Below are positions 1 to 8,630 of a stretch of DNA of 48,966 bases, piece by piece. The stretch is from positions 1 to 48,966 of IMG/VR virus record IMGVR_UViG_3300038701_001337; one strand, given 5' to 3'. The notes beneath the pieces were generated by a model. The model was given only the letters and a program-made list of their open reading frames with translations, was not told where the DNA came from and ran no database searches. The position numbers and the translations under genes were made by a program. The DNA comes from a virus. Within the stretch, counting starts at the first letter, position 1, and each line of letters starts with the position of its first letter.

Positions 1-127
1 CATCTTTTTTTCTTTTTATGCGTGAATTAACTCTTAATAAAATTTGTTCTTCAATGCTTCTTCCTGCTTTACCTTCAAGAACTTCTTCAGTTTCAAATAT
101 AGGCTCTCCACCAACTAGCCCATATTC
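1..127. repeat. Terminal direct repeat, copy 1 (identical to 48840..48966); circular-assembly overlap
   Basis: Read directly: the string catcttttttt...ccaactagcccatattc occurs at both window ends. Confidence 0.95.
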
Positions 128-214
128 CATAGTCATGGTACAATCTTCTTCTGATATTTCCCAATAGCGCAATTGGCCACGTGCATCTTTTGCAAATAGT
201 GTAATTGGTTCCAT
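1..214 (-). CDS. ATP-dependent DNA ligase, N-terminal segment; the gene wraps the contig junction and continues at 48966
   Basis: The ligase frame (47950..) stays open to the window end. Continuing through the duplicated 127 bp gives MEPITLFAKDARGQLRYWEI... with ATG at 214-212 overlapping the TAA of the upstream ORF (TAATG). The next upstream in-frame stop is at 269-271. Confidence 0.8.
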   Translation of the reverse strand, partial: MEPITLFAKDARGQLRYWEISEEDCTMTMEYGLVGGEPIFETEEVLEGKAGRSIEEQILLRVNSRIKRKKD

Positions 215-396
215 TAATATTTCTCCAGTAATTTTGCACATTCTTTGATAACTGCTTTGTATGCAGTTTCACGTCCAACTTGTTGACCATCACCATGGTC
301 TGCCTCTGAATCTTCAGCATATGTTGTCAAACCATCTTTTGAATTTTCAAGACCATCAAGAGCAAATTTCATAATTGATATAACACCACTGCGCAT
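214..396 (-). CDS. Small acidic hypothetical protein (60 aa)
   Basis: ORF lies between the dnaE stop and the ligase start; its stop overlaps the ligase ATG, suggesting translational coupling. Confidence 0.55.
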   Translation of the reverse strand: MRSGVISIMKFALDGLENSKDGLTTYAEDSEADHGDGQQVGRETAYKAVIKECAKLLEKY

Positions 397-398
397 AA

Positions 399-3221
399 CT
401 ATTTCTCCAAAATATGTATTGCTTCAATATTCAAAATTCGCCATGCTTTGTCTCTTATGCTTCCACGAATTATAACCCATGATTTGCCTTCAACAATTTC
501 TTCATTTATTTTAGAGCCTTCCATGTTATCAAATTGAAAGCGATTTATTTTTGTAAATATTTGCCCAGTATCATCTTCTATTACCAATTTTAAAAATTTA
601 TTCTTGTCTTCTAAAACTTTACCACCGCGCTTTGCAACTTCATTGTATTCATTCAAATCACGCAAGTCTTTTGTTATTACTTGGCCAATAACAACATATT
701 CACCAACTTCGCTAACATCATTAATAAACACTGGCTTATTTGTCAAACCATAGTCTTCATAATTATTATAATAATCATGAAACTTATCCCAACAAGGATA
801 TAAAGTATCAAATGGCGTTTCAGAATCCATAAGCTTTTTGATTATTGCAGGAGTTAAAGCAGCTCCACTATTTCTTTTTGAAATAATATCTTTTGCTTTT
901 GAATCACCAATACCGTGTATGTTGGTTAATCCTCCAACCAACTTCCCATCTGCAATAGACCACTTAACATCAGATAAATCAGGATCAACTGCAATATATT
1001 CAATTCCATCATTTTCAGTAATATCTCTCAATAGCTTTATAGATGATGAGTCTGATTTTGAGTTATTTAAATTTGCAGCTGCAAACTCTAATGGATGGTG
1101 CTTCTTCATATAAGCACACCAATATGAAATCATCCCATAGCTAACAGAGTGACTCAGGTTCATTGCCCAAGAGCCAAATGTCATTATATTTTCCCAAATA
1201 ATATTGCCTTTTTCTTCACCAATTTTATTCTGAATACATCCTTCTAAAAACTTGTCTTTATATTTATTGAAAAATTCTTTACCATATGTTTTAGATGCAG
1301 CTTTGCGAATCTCAGAAACATCTTCCCAAGTCATCAATCCACACTCTTTACAGATGTTCATTAATTGCTCTTGGTACACAACAACTCCATATGTGTCTTT
1401 TGTTGCATCCACATATGATTTATGATCAGATATATATTCAACAGGCTCTCTTCCCATTCTTCTCTTTACATAAGTATCAGCACCACCAGAGTGAAGAGGC
1501 CCAGGTCTTGCAAGTGCAGTAATTGCAACAATATCTTCAAATGAATTTATTTCCATTTGTTTACAAAGCATCTGCATTGCTTGGCCTTCAAATTGAAAAA
1601 CTCCAGATAATCTCATTTCGTTGAATATTTCAAATGTCTCTTCATCTTTCAAATCCATTTTATAATATTCTGAATAATGGAAACCAGCAAGCGTTGCAGC
1701 TTCTTCTAATATTGATAATGTTCTTAGCCCTAGACAATCTATTTTAAGAAGGTTTTTAGATTCAGCATCTTTTTTATCCATCATAATAGAGCCATCACGA
1801 GCATTTACAGCACCAAATTTAGCAATAGGCTCATTGCAAACAACAATACCAGCTGCGTGAATGCCAGCATGTGTTGCATGTGATTCTGCTTTAAATAGAT
1901 TGCTCATTGCTGGATATTTTTCCATAAAATCTCTACCTATTTCCGTTGTTAGTAGAGTATCTTGAGCACCCATTGCTGCACGAGCATCACCACCAGAGCG
2001 GTCAACAAGTGCATCTTTAACCAAATCAGCTTCCCATTTAGGTATTGAAAGAGACATTGCAAATTCACTAATTGCAGATTTGGCCTTTAGTCTATTTATG
2101 TTTGAAATATGACAAACATTCTCTTTGCCAAACTGCTTTATTAAAGAATTTATAACACCTTTTCTTTTTTCATCTGGGAAGTCAATATCAATATCTGGCA
2201 GGTCATCACGGGTTATATCAATAAATCGCTCAAATATCAATTTATGAGGTATTGGATCAACTTCGGTTATATCTAACAAATAACAAACTAAAGAGCCAGC
2301 TGCAGAGCCACGAGCTGGCCCAACCATCATCTTCTTCTTTGCTTTTATAACCATGTCTGCAACAATTAGAAAATAATCAACATAATCCTTTTTATGAATC
2401 ATATCAAGCTCTCTTTCTAATCTTGCTTTATATGTCTCATTGTTTAGATTTATTTTCTTTTTCTTTGCACCCTCTGTGCAAAGCTGCTCAATTGTTTTAT
2501 TTGTCTTAAAGTGAATCATTGGCGCTTTTGGTATTTGAACATCACATTGCTCTGCAATTTTATAAGTATTTGCAACTGCATCTTCTTGGCCTTTCCAAAT
2601 TCGCAAAAATTCTTTTTCACTTAATATATGCTGAGGATATGTTTGTTCATTGAATTTGAAAGAATATCCATCACCATTTTTGCGTGCACCTGCCAAGCAT
2701 TGATATATTACTTTATCTTGAGGGTGTGAATATCTATTTACATTCATTGCAACTTTTGGCAAGTCAATATCTAAATACATTGGCAATGTTTTTGGAGTTA
2801 GCGCAATATAATCCAAGCGATCAATTATTTCAGGAGCATCACAAATAACAATTATATTGTTTGATATTTTTATCAAATCATCAAGACTGATCATTGCCTT
2901 GTAATAGAATTTTTCAAATGAAGTTGTGACAAGCTCATTCAATTCTCTATATCCATCTTGATTCTTTGCAATAAAAGTATACCAAGCGCCAAATCTGCTC
3001 CTGACTTTTTCTTCAGGATTTTCAACAGCCATTAACTTAACACCAAATAATGGTTTTATATTATTTGTTTTGCATAACTTTTCAAACTTTACATGACCAA
3101 ATGTATTATTGACATCTGCAATTCCAAGAATTCCTGTGCCATTATGATATTGAATAACATCATCCAACTTGCCAAATGTTTGCTTGAATGAATATTCAGT
3201 TTGAAGGCCAATATTAATCAT
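399..3221 (-). CDS. dnaE: DNA polymerase III alpha subunit (DnaE-type replicative polymerase)
   Basis: About 940 aa with a DnaE-like layout: degenerate N-terminal PHP region (MINIGLQTEYSF, His residues missing), GSAAGSLVCYLL and DIDIDFP motifs, HAAG, C-terminal OB-like region. Start moved to ATG 3221, 1 nt after the exonuclease stop. Confidence 0.9.
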   Translation of the reverse strand: MINIGLQTEYSFKQTFGKLDDVIQYHNGTGILGIADVNNTFGHVKFEKLCKTNNIKPLFGVKLMAVENPEEKVRSRFGAWYTFIAKNQDGYRELNELVTTSFEKFYYKAMISLDDLIKISNNIIVICDAPEIIDRLDYIALTPKTLPMYLDIDLPKVAMNVNRYSHPQDKVIYQCLAGARKNGDGYSFKFNEQTYPQHILSEKEFLRIWKGQEDAVANTYKIAEQCDVQIPKAPMIHFKTNKTIEQLCTEGAKKKKINLNNETYKARLERELDMIHKKDYVDYFLIVADMVIKAKKKMMVGPARGSAAGSLVCYLLDITEVDPIPHKLIFERFIDITRDDLPDIDIDFPDEKRKGVINSLIKQFGKENVCHISNINRLKAKSAISEFAMSLSIPKWEADLVKDALVDRSGGDARAAMGAQDTLLTTEIGRDFMEKYPAMSNLFKAESHATHAGIHAAGIVVCNEPIAKFGAVNARDGSIMMDKKDAESKNLLKIDCLGLRTLSILEEAATLAGFHYSEYYKMDLKDEETFEIFNEMRLSGVFQFEGQAMQMLCKQMEINSFEDIVAITALARPGPLHSGGADTYVKRRMGREPVEYISDHKSYVDATKDTYGVVVYQEQLMNICKECGLMTWEDVSEIRKAASKTYGKEFFNKYKDKFLEGCIQNKIGEEKGNIIWENIMTFGSWAMNLSHSVSYGMISYWCAYMKKHHPLEFAAANLNNSKSDSSSIKLLRDITENDGIEYIAVDPDLSDVKWSIADGKLVGGLTNIHGIGDSKAKDIISKRNSGAALTPAIIKKLMDSETPFDTLYPCWDKFHDYYNNYEDYGLTNKPVFINDVSEVGEYVVIGQVITKDLRDLNEYNEVAKRGGKVLEDKNKFLKLVIEDDTGQIFTKINRFQFDNMEGSKINEEIVEGKSWVIIRGSIRDKAWRILNIEAIHILEK

Positions 3222-3222
3222 C

Positions 3223-3765
3223 TTAAAATCTCCAGAATCCGTGTTGGTGGAGCCATTTGATGCATTCAACCATTGCAACAACATCTGTCTTTGCTCTGTG
3301 TGCTCCAATTATTTCAGATTTACCAGTTGCAATTTCATATAATTGATGCAATTTTAGACGTTTATTTTGGATTGGTTCTGAAAGCTCAACTGTGCAAAGT
3401 TGACGAGTTGGCCATGGAAATCTATATTGCAAATCATGACGCTCAAGTTCATAGCGTAAAACTCCAGAGTCAAAGCTTGCATTGTGAGCAAATGATATCT
3501 CTTCACCACGGATGAAATTGCACAAATCATCATATATTTCAATAAATGTTGGAGCATCTGAAACCATTTCATTTGTTATATTTGTAAGCTTTTGGATAAA
3601 TTCTGGAATTGGGAAAGGAGGCTTTACAAGAGTATCAAACTCTCCAATTATCTCAAAATTTTCATTAAATTTGCAAATGTAAATTTCAGTCATAAAAGGT
3701 TGAAGATGTAATTTCGTTTGTTCAGGTTTCAAAAGTCCCGTTGTTTCTGAATCTAGGGCTATCAT
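3223..3765 (-). CDS. DnaQ/epsilon-like 3'-5' proofreading exonuclease (DEDDh)
   Basis: ExoI IALDSETTGL, ExoII AHNASFD, ExoIII HRAKTDVVA; sits immediately upstream of dnaE. Confidence 0.85.
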   Translation of the reverse strand: MIALDSETTGLLKPEQTKLHLQPFMTEIYICKFNENFEIIGEFDTLVKPPFPIPEFIQKLTNITNEMVSDAPTFIEIYDDLCNFIRGEEISFAHNASFDSGVLRYELERHDLQYRFPWPTRQLCTVELSEPIQNKRLKLHQLYEIATGKSEIIGAHRAKTDVVAMVECIKWLHQHGFWRF

Positions 3766-3782
3766 ATTAATTCACCAGTTTT

Positions 3783-3806
3783 AAAGGCAACCAAATGGTT
3801 GCCTTT
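3783..3806 (-). other. 10-bp stem-loop between the methyltransferase and exonuclease genes (possible attenuator or processing site)
   Basis: aaaggcaacc-aaat-ggttgccttt; no clear U-tract on the minus strand. Confidence 0.35.
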
Positions 3807-3816
3807 GATTTAAATT

Positions 3817-4314
3817 TTAAATTTTTACTAATTGAGTAACCAATGCCAAATTGCGCTCAACAATTCCAATTATGACATTTGTTCTAATTTCAAAATTCCA
3901 AACTACTTTGTTTTTGTTGTAGTATGGATTGCCAAATAAAACTCTCCAAGTCTCTTCACAAAATACATGTTTGTGATCAAGGTCATGTGCAGCCATTTGA
4001 CTAGTGTAATAAGGGACAACAATATTTACAAATCCACCTGATTTCAAAACTCTCTGGAATTCAAGAAGCATTTTCACAGGGTCTTTTATATGTTCTAGAA
4101 AATGATATGCGTGAATTTGATCAACTGAATTATCTTCTAATGGAATTGAATCTTTGTCAGCATCCCAATCAGGATAATCTAGATTCATTGCACCACTTAT
4201 AAATTTATTGCCGCAACCAACATTCAAAACTGAATTTTCAAATGGATTCAAGTCACCAATTGGCTCATTTATTTTTCTATCCATTCCTAATTGAAATAAT
4301 TTAATTAGACTCAT
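3817..4314 (-). CDS. Class I SAM-dependent methyltransferase (substrate unknown)
   Basis: Motif I VLNVGCGNKF, then HAYHFLEHI and LKSGGFVNIVVP, typical of the Methyltransf_11 type. Confidence 0.75.
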   Translation of the reverse strand: MSLIKLFQLGMDRKINEPIGDLNPFENSVLNVGCGNKFISGAMNLDYPDWDADKDSIPLEDNSVDQIHAYHFLEHIKDPVKMLLEFQRVLKSGGFVNIVVPYYTSQMAAHDLDHKHVFCEETWRVLFGNPYYNKNKVVWNFEIRTNVIIGIVERNLALVTQLVKI

Positions 4315-4973
4315 TTTTTACTTCCCTCCAATCTTTTCAGCAAGCTGTTTTTGCCTTTTTCCAAATATCGCATATCAATGATCATGTTTATCAAATCTTT
4401 TGCTTTTTCTAAATCTTGAATGCCATTTTTGTCCTGATGGCGAGTTATATATTTTATCACTGCACCTTCCAGTGATGGCAAATTATTATACTCTGCATAT
4501 TCAGCTGGTTGAATCAATAATTTGCTATAGTGATCACCACCAATTTGAACATCAAGTGATGATTCAACTTCCAACTCGTCTCTATAATAAGCAGGGTCAC
4601 ATCCTAAAGACTCATGCAAAAATTCACCAGTATTTGGAACAACACCTTTTGCCCTATCATCCCAAAATTCTTTGAAGAATTTATGCTTTATGCAAGTTAT
4701 TCCATTGCATGGAATATTGTGAATTTTAAGCCATTGCCAAATATATTTCTCAATACTTGTTTTATCAACTTTTGATTCATCTGCCAATCTAGCTGTGAAT
4801 ATGTATATTTGATGACCTGCACTTGCTGCTTTGTGTACTTTTTCAACCATTGCAGGAATTGGACTGCCAATGTGATCAATGCCTTTCCAACCATGATATT
4901 CAGCAAGAGTGCCATCTAAATCTACAGCAATTGCATATCTTTCCATATCAAATCCGCTGTTTATCCCACTCAT
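4311..4973 (-). CDS. Fusion protein: HAD-like phosphatase/nucleotidase domain plus C-terminal DUF3310-like domain
   Basis: N-terminal DxDGT motif (AVDLDGTL); C-terminal GGDHYSK..IQP.EY....LP.LEGAVIKYI.R resembles DUF3310; ATGA overlap with thyX. Confidence 0.6.
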   Translation of the reverse strand: MSGINSGFDMERYAIAVDLDGTLAEYHGWKGIDHIGSPIPAMVEKVHKAASAGHQIYIFTARLADESKVDKTSIEKYIWQWLKIHNIPCNGITCIKHKFFKEFWDDRAKGVVPNTGEFLHESLGCDPAYYRDELEVESSLDVQIGGDHYSKLLIQPAEYAEYNNLPSLEGAVIKYITRHQDKNGIQDLEKAKDLINMIIDMRYLEKGKNSLLKRLEGSKK

Positions 4974-5683
4974 TTTGAATTCCTTACCTGATCAATCAAT
5001 TTCATCCAAGCAATTGTTTGCTCACCATCTTTTGCACAATTATTAACAATCTGCTCAAGCGCAGTTAATGCATAATGTTTTTGATTGCGCAGGAATGGCT
5101 CAACCCAAGGCTCTGCTTCAACAACAGTTGTGAACATTAATTCAGCCACTTCACGGAATTCACCTTGTGTCCGTGGTGATTGGCGGCTTTGTAACATATC
5201 AGATAATGTTCGCAAATTATATTTTGCCACAATGTTTGTACAAATATTAGTTGGCAACAATCCACGCGCATCTTCAATTGCAACGCCAGCATCAATCAAA
5301 GCATCATAGGCTTCATTTATTTTTGCCATTGCACCATCATAAATATGTTTTTGATATTCTGTCTTGATGCTTGGGCCAGTTATATATTCAAATCCAGATA
5401 CATCCAAAATACGCATTGTTTGTTGAGCATAACTCCCCATTCTATTGCGGACAAATTGGTGAGTAAAAGCACGCGAAACACCTTCAATCATGAATGTGAA
5501 ATCCATAAATTCCCAACTTGACTTAATTGTATTCACCATATAGTCAAGTTGTTCTTGTTTTTCAACTTCAGACATTTTTGAAATATCTTCAAGACCACCT
5601 GCGCTCATTTTCAAACGAGTTTGTTTTGTGAAAATGAGTAAATCCTTTGCACATTGAGTCCAATTTAATAAAGTAACTTTCAT
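4970..5683 (-). CDS. thyX: Flavin-dependent thymidylate synthase ThyX-like, with a non-canonical signature
   Basis: ThyX-like length and motifs (QFVRNRMGSYAQQTMR, RQSPRTQGEFRE). Start moved to ATG 5683, which is preceded by AAAACTGGAG. Confidence 0.75.
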   Translation of the reverse strand: MKVTLLNWTQCAKDLLIFTKQTRLKMSAGGLEDISKMSEVEKQEQLDYMVNTIKSSWEFMDFTFMIEGVSRAFTHQFVRNRMGSYAQQTMRILDVSGFEYITGPSIKTEYQKHIYDGAMAKINEAYDALIDAGVAIEDARGLLPTNICTNIVAKYNLRTLSDMLQSRQSPRTQGEFREVAELMFTTVVEAEPWVEPFLRNQKHYALTALEQIVNNCAKDGEQTIAWMKLIDQVRNSK

Positions 5684-5769
5684 AGTAAGCTCCAGTTTTA
5701 CAGCAGCTGGCAGCACTGCAATATTATTTAAGCCAGCCAATATATTTTAATGAAATAATTAATTGAAGT

Positions 5770-6153
5770 CTAGTTTTTATCAGCTCTCAACTTTGCCTTT
5801 TCATCACTATATTCAAAATTAGAATATCTGACAGCAAGTTTGCCAATATTTGCTTTTAAAGTATGCTCTCTTGTTATTCCTAAATTTTGGCGAATTGCTT
5901 CAAGATAAAATTCAATATCACCAAGCTCTTCAATTGCATTATCAAAGTCAATTGGTTTGTTGTAGAAAACATGTTTCTTAATTGCATCAACAAGCTCACC
6001 AACTTCACCAGACAAGCCAGTTGATCCATGCAATAGATCAATCTTTTTCAAGCCTTGATCACCATCTAATGTTTTCATAATTTCAGTTGGATTTTTCATC
6101 AATTTTGAAACCATATCTTTGTGATCAATATCTATAATTTTTGAAGTTTCCAT
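5770..6153 (-). CDS. mazG: MazG-like nucleoside triphosphate pyrophosphohydrolase
   Basis: GLSGEVGELVDAIKK....ELGDIEFYL is the EExxE-type MazG helix pattern; 127 aa. Confidence 0.75.
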   Translation of the reverse strand: METSKIIDIDHKDMVSKLMKNPTEIMKTLDGDQGLKKIDLLHGSTGLSGEVGELVDAIKKHVFYNKPIDFDNAIEELGDIEFYLEAIRQNLGITREHTLKANIGKLAVRYSNFEYSDEKAKLRADKN

Positions 6154-7109
6154 TACTTTGCCCTTATTTTTTTTCTATCATAGCTATTTGATTGAATTAA
6201 TTTTTGTATTGTGTATAAATCATCAAGAACATCATCAAGCAAAATGTTTTTCCAAATTGCAAATCTTCCAAGTGAATATATTTCAAGCACATCAGTTAAA
6301 TCAAAAATATATCTCTTTCTCAAATCTTCATTAATTGGAGATATTTTTCCAAATTTTTGAATGTGAAAGTCTTTTTCAAATTCAACTTGTTCTTCATATA
6401 ATCCAAATGATTTCAACACTTCAATCAGATAAAGCTCTTTATACTCTGACCAATCCCCTTCTTTGAATTCAACAATTATTTTACAACCTGTTAAAGTTGC
6501 TCTATAAATAGGAAATTCAACTTCAGGGTAATATATTGTTTGGTGCACATTTGAATCTTTTACAATTCCTTGTATTGTCAATATATTCTTAAAGCCAAAA
6601 TCAACACTCTCTTTGAAGTTTATTCCAGTTATTTTTGGCATAAATCCAATTGGTGCTGTAGATATTATACCACCTTTGCGTTCAAAAATATCTTCAGTTG
6701 TGTGTATTGCAGTATCAGATATGTGAGTTATTTTTTCACCATATGTGACTCTTCCTTCACTTTCAAGCCTTTCAAGTAATCTTTTGTGAAAATCAGATGG
6801 TGCTAAAAAACGCTCAACACAATCTAAGTTCCATATTGATCTATTTGATATTTTACCAACTACTTTGGCAGAATACATATTTGCAAACATCGGGTTGCAC
6901 TCAGAATAATGCAATCCTTTGTAATATATTGACTTGTAAACTTTTATAGTTTCAAACTCAATACCTGTTAAATTTGATATTTCCCGTGTTCTAAATCTTA
7001 GAACTGCTTTGTGATTATCAGGCCTTTCAGGCGCTCCTTCTAGGATTTGAGCAGTTGGATTTAATATTGCTGCTATGCAACCTGCCATTCCAGCTCCAAT
7101 TATGTGCAT
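6153..7109 (-). CDS. FAD/NAD(P)-binding flavoprotein, UDP-galactopyranose-mutase/amine-oxidase-like fold
   Basis: N-terminal Rossmann motif HIIGAGMAGCIAA; C-terminal GRFAIWKNILLDDVLDD resembles the Glf-type C-terminal motif. Confidence 0.55.
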   Translation of the reverse strand: MHIIGAGMAGCIAAILNPTAQILEGAPERPDNHKAVLRFRTREISNLTGIEFETIKVYKSIYYKGLHYSECNPMFANMYSAKVVGKISNRSIWNLDCVERFLAPSDFHKRLLERLESEGRVTYGEKITHISDTAIHTTEDIFERKGGIISTAPIGFMPKITGINFKESVDFGFKNILTIQGIVKDSNVHQTIYYPEVEFPIYRATLTGCKIIVEFKEGDWSEYKELYLIEVLKSFGLYEEQVEFEKDFHIQKFGKISPINEDLRKRYIFDLTDVLEIYSLGRFAIWKNILLDDVLDDLYTIQKLIQSNSYDRKKIRAK

Positions 7110-7279
7110 ATCAATCTCCTTTTCATTTTTTGTATTATAACGCTAAGTTAAGATCAAATAAATACCAGAATATAATTGTTTGGACTCTCCTATAGCCATA
7201 GGAGCGTGTTATTAGCTCTACTAGGTATATTATATAGCTAAAGGATAGCTCTCTTAGTAGCGTGTTTTTAAGGTGTTAA

Positions 7280-7305
7280 AAAGCCCACAATAAAGTGGGC
7301 TTTTA
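7280..7305 (-). terminator. Rho-independent terminator after CDS 7321..8115
   Basis: aaaagcccac-aataaa-gtgggctttt; a U-run follows on the minus strand. Confidence 0.7.
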
Positions 7306-7320
7306 TTTAAAATTGATCAA

Positions 7321-8115
7321 TTAGCCTTGAAATTTACGCGCAAACTCAAGAGCTTGGATGGCAACAGAAACGTATTTTTTAGCTTGCTCTTCTTTCATGC
7401 CTTCTTTGGCACCAGATACAAATTCCATAACTTCAGCTTCAGTTGCATCTTTGTGATCAAGAAGCCATTCAAGAGTTTTTGCAACCATTGAACCACCTGA
7501 AGCACGGCCAGCAGCTTTCTTAGTTGCTTTTGGCAATTCAATTTCATTTTCTTTTGCCCATTTGCGAATTGAGGCAATTGCTTGCTTTTCACTGGTATCA
7601 GAAACTTCAGAAACAATTTTAACAACCATTGCATCAAGTTCTTCAGTTGTTGAAGGGTTGAACTCTTCACCTTCAAGAACGATTGCAATTTTTTCATCAC
7701 GAGCTTTTGGAGAAATGCGGTGGCCAGATTGCTCCATTGCTTGGGCAAAAAGCTTTCCAGCTTCTTTAAATGTTACACCAGATTGGATGATATCAATTCG
7801 CATTTCATCATCAGTTTTACCAGCTTCAACACCAGCGTTAACAATCTCAAGAACTTTTTCTAATTTAGACATGGTAGACTCCGCAATATTTAATTCATTT
7901 AGCGCACCAAAAACAAATTCATTTTGTTGTGCTTTTGAGCGCAATTTTGATGGAATTGTAAAACCATTTGCTTCTGCAATTTCTTTCAAAGTTGCAGTTG
8001 GAAACTCAGATTCAGATGTGAATAGGAACTCATCTTGATGATCAATGGCAGTGATGTTGTTGCCTTTAGCCACAGCACGGAAATCTTTGTTAATTAGCAC
8101 ATTTAGGTTTTTCAT
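7321..8115 (-). CDS. Hypothetical protein (264 aa, Lys/Glu-rich), own transcription unit
   Basis: Long ORF with the AAAACTGGAGAA motif before the ATG and a terminator directly downstream. Confidence 0.7.
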   Translation of the reverse strand: MKNLNVLINKDFRAVAKGNNITAIDHQDEFLFTSESEFPTATLKEIAEANGFTIPSKLRSKAQQNEFVFGALNELNIAESTMSKLEKVLEIVNAGVEAGKTDDEMRIDIIQSGVTFKEAGKLFAQAMEQSGHRISPKARDEKIAIVLEGEEFNPSTTEELDAMVVKIVSEVSDTSEKQAIASIRKWAKENEIELPKATKKAAGRASGGSMVAKTLEWLLDHKDATEAEVMEFVSGAKEGMKEEQAKKYVSVAIQALEFARKFQG

Positions 8116-8274
8116 GGTGATTCTCCAGTTTTGTTTTGTTTAACTCGTTCGCTATGATTAGTAATATAGAGAAAAACATTCAGAACGTCTACAATTTTTT
8201 CACAATTTCTGAAATTATTTTCTAGATGGGCACTCTCTGGAATGCCCTACTATGAAAGTAATTTGAAGTAAAGA

Positions 8275-8496
8275 CTAATTAACTTTTTTGAACATGTGAT
8301 GATGCCTTTCACAAAATTCATCAATTTCTTTTATTTTACTTGGTTCAGCAATCCAGTGCGTTTTATCAACTTTCCCAGGTATTCCAGGATATGATGCTGA
8401 ACATTTTTCATCAAAGAAAAATTTTGCAATTTCCTCATGGTTTAAAGTTGTAACATAAAGCTCTGATTGGTCCATATAATTTTGAATGATAATCAT
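8275..8496 (-). CDS. Hypothetical protein (73 aa)
   Basis: ORF preceded by the AAAACTGGAG motif and the 24-nt promoter box. Confidence 0.6.
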   Translation of the reverse strand: MIIIQNYMDQSELYVTTLNHEEIAKFFFDEKCSASYPGIPGKVDKTHWIAEPSKIKEIDEFCERHHHMFKKVN

Positions 8497-8544
8497 AATA
8501 TTCTCCAGTTTTTCTTCAATTCATTTCCTAACCCTATGTCAATC

Positions 8545-8572
8545 ATTATACTTGAAAGAATTAAGAAGTAAA
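8545..8572 (-). promoter_or_regulatory. Putative sigma70-like promoter (TTTACT-N16-TATAAT) inside a conserved 24-nt box
   Basis: Minus strand reads TTTACT...AAGTATAATGATTGACATAGGGTT, 34 nt upstream of the 8496 start. Confidence 0.4.
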
Positions 8573-8602
8573 CAACTTTTTCAACTTTTTTCAAATAAAA
8601 AT

Positions 8603-8629
8603 AAAAAGCAACCTAAGTGGCTGCTTTTT
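8603..8629 (-). terminator. Rho-independent terminator after the helicase gene
   Basis: aaaaagcaacc-taagt-ggctgcttttt (10 of 11 bp) with flanking A and T runs. Confidence 0.6.
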
Positions 8630-8630
8630 A

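Noticed and set aside
93-320. 75-aa minus-strand ORF at the window start, plus small plus-strand ORFs within dnaE (838..1113, 1295..1522)
   Set aside because: Once the circular junction is joined, 1..214 is the N-terminus of the ligase in another frame. The other ORFs are antisense shadows inside dnaE.
3222-3308. Apparent 86-nt overlap between the dnaE ORF and the exonuclease ORF
   Set aside because: This is an artefact of taking the longest ORF. The PHP-domain start MINIGLQTEYS at ATG 3221 lies 1 nt after the exonuclease stop, so there is no real overlap.
7562-8038. 158-aa plus-strand ORF
   Set aside because: It lies entirely antisense within the well-supported minus-strand CDS 7321..8115, has Ser-rich low-complexity translation, no RBS and no start context. 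It is a typical shadow ORF.
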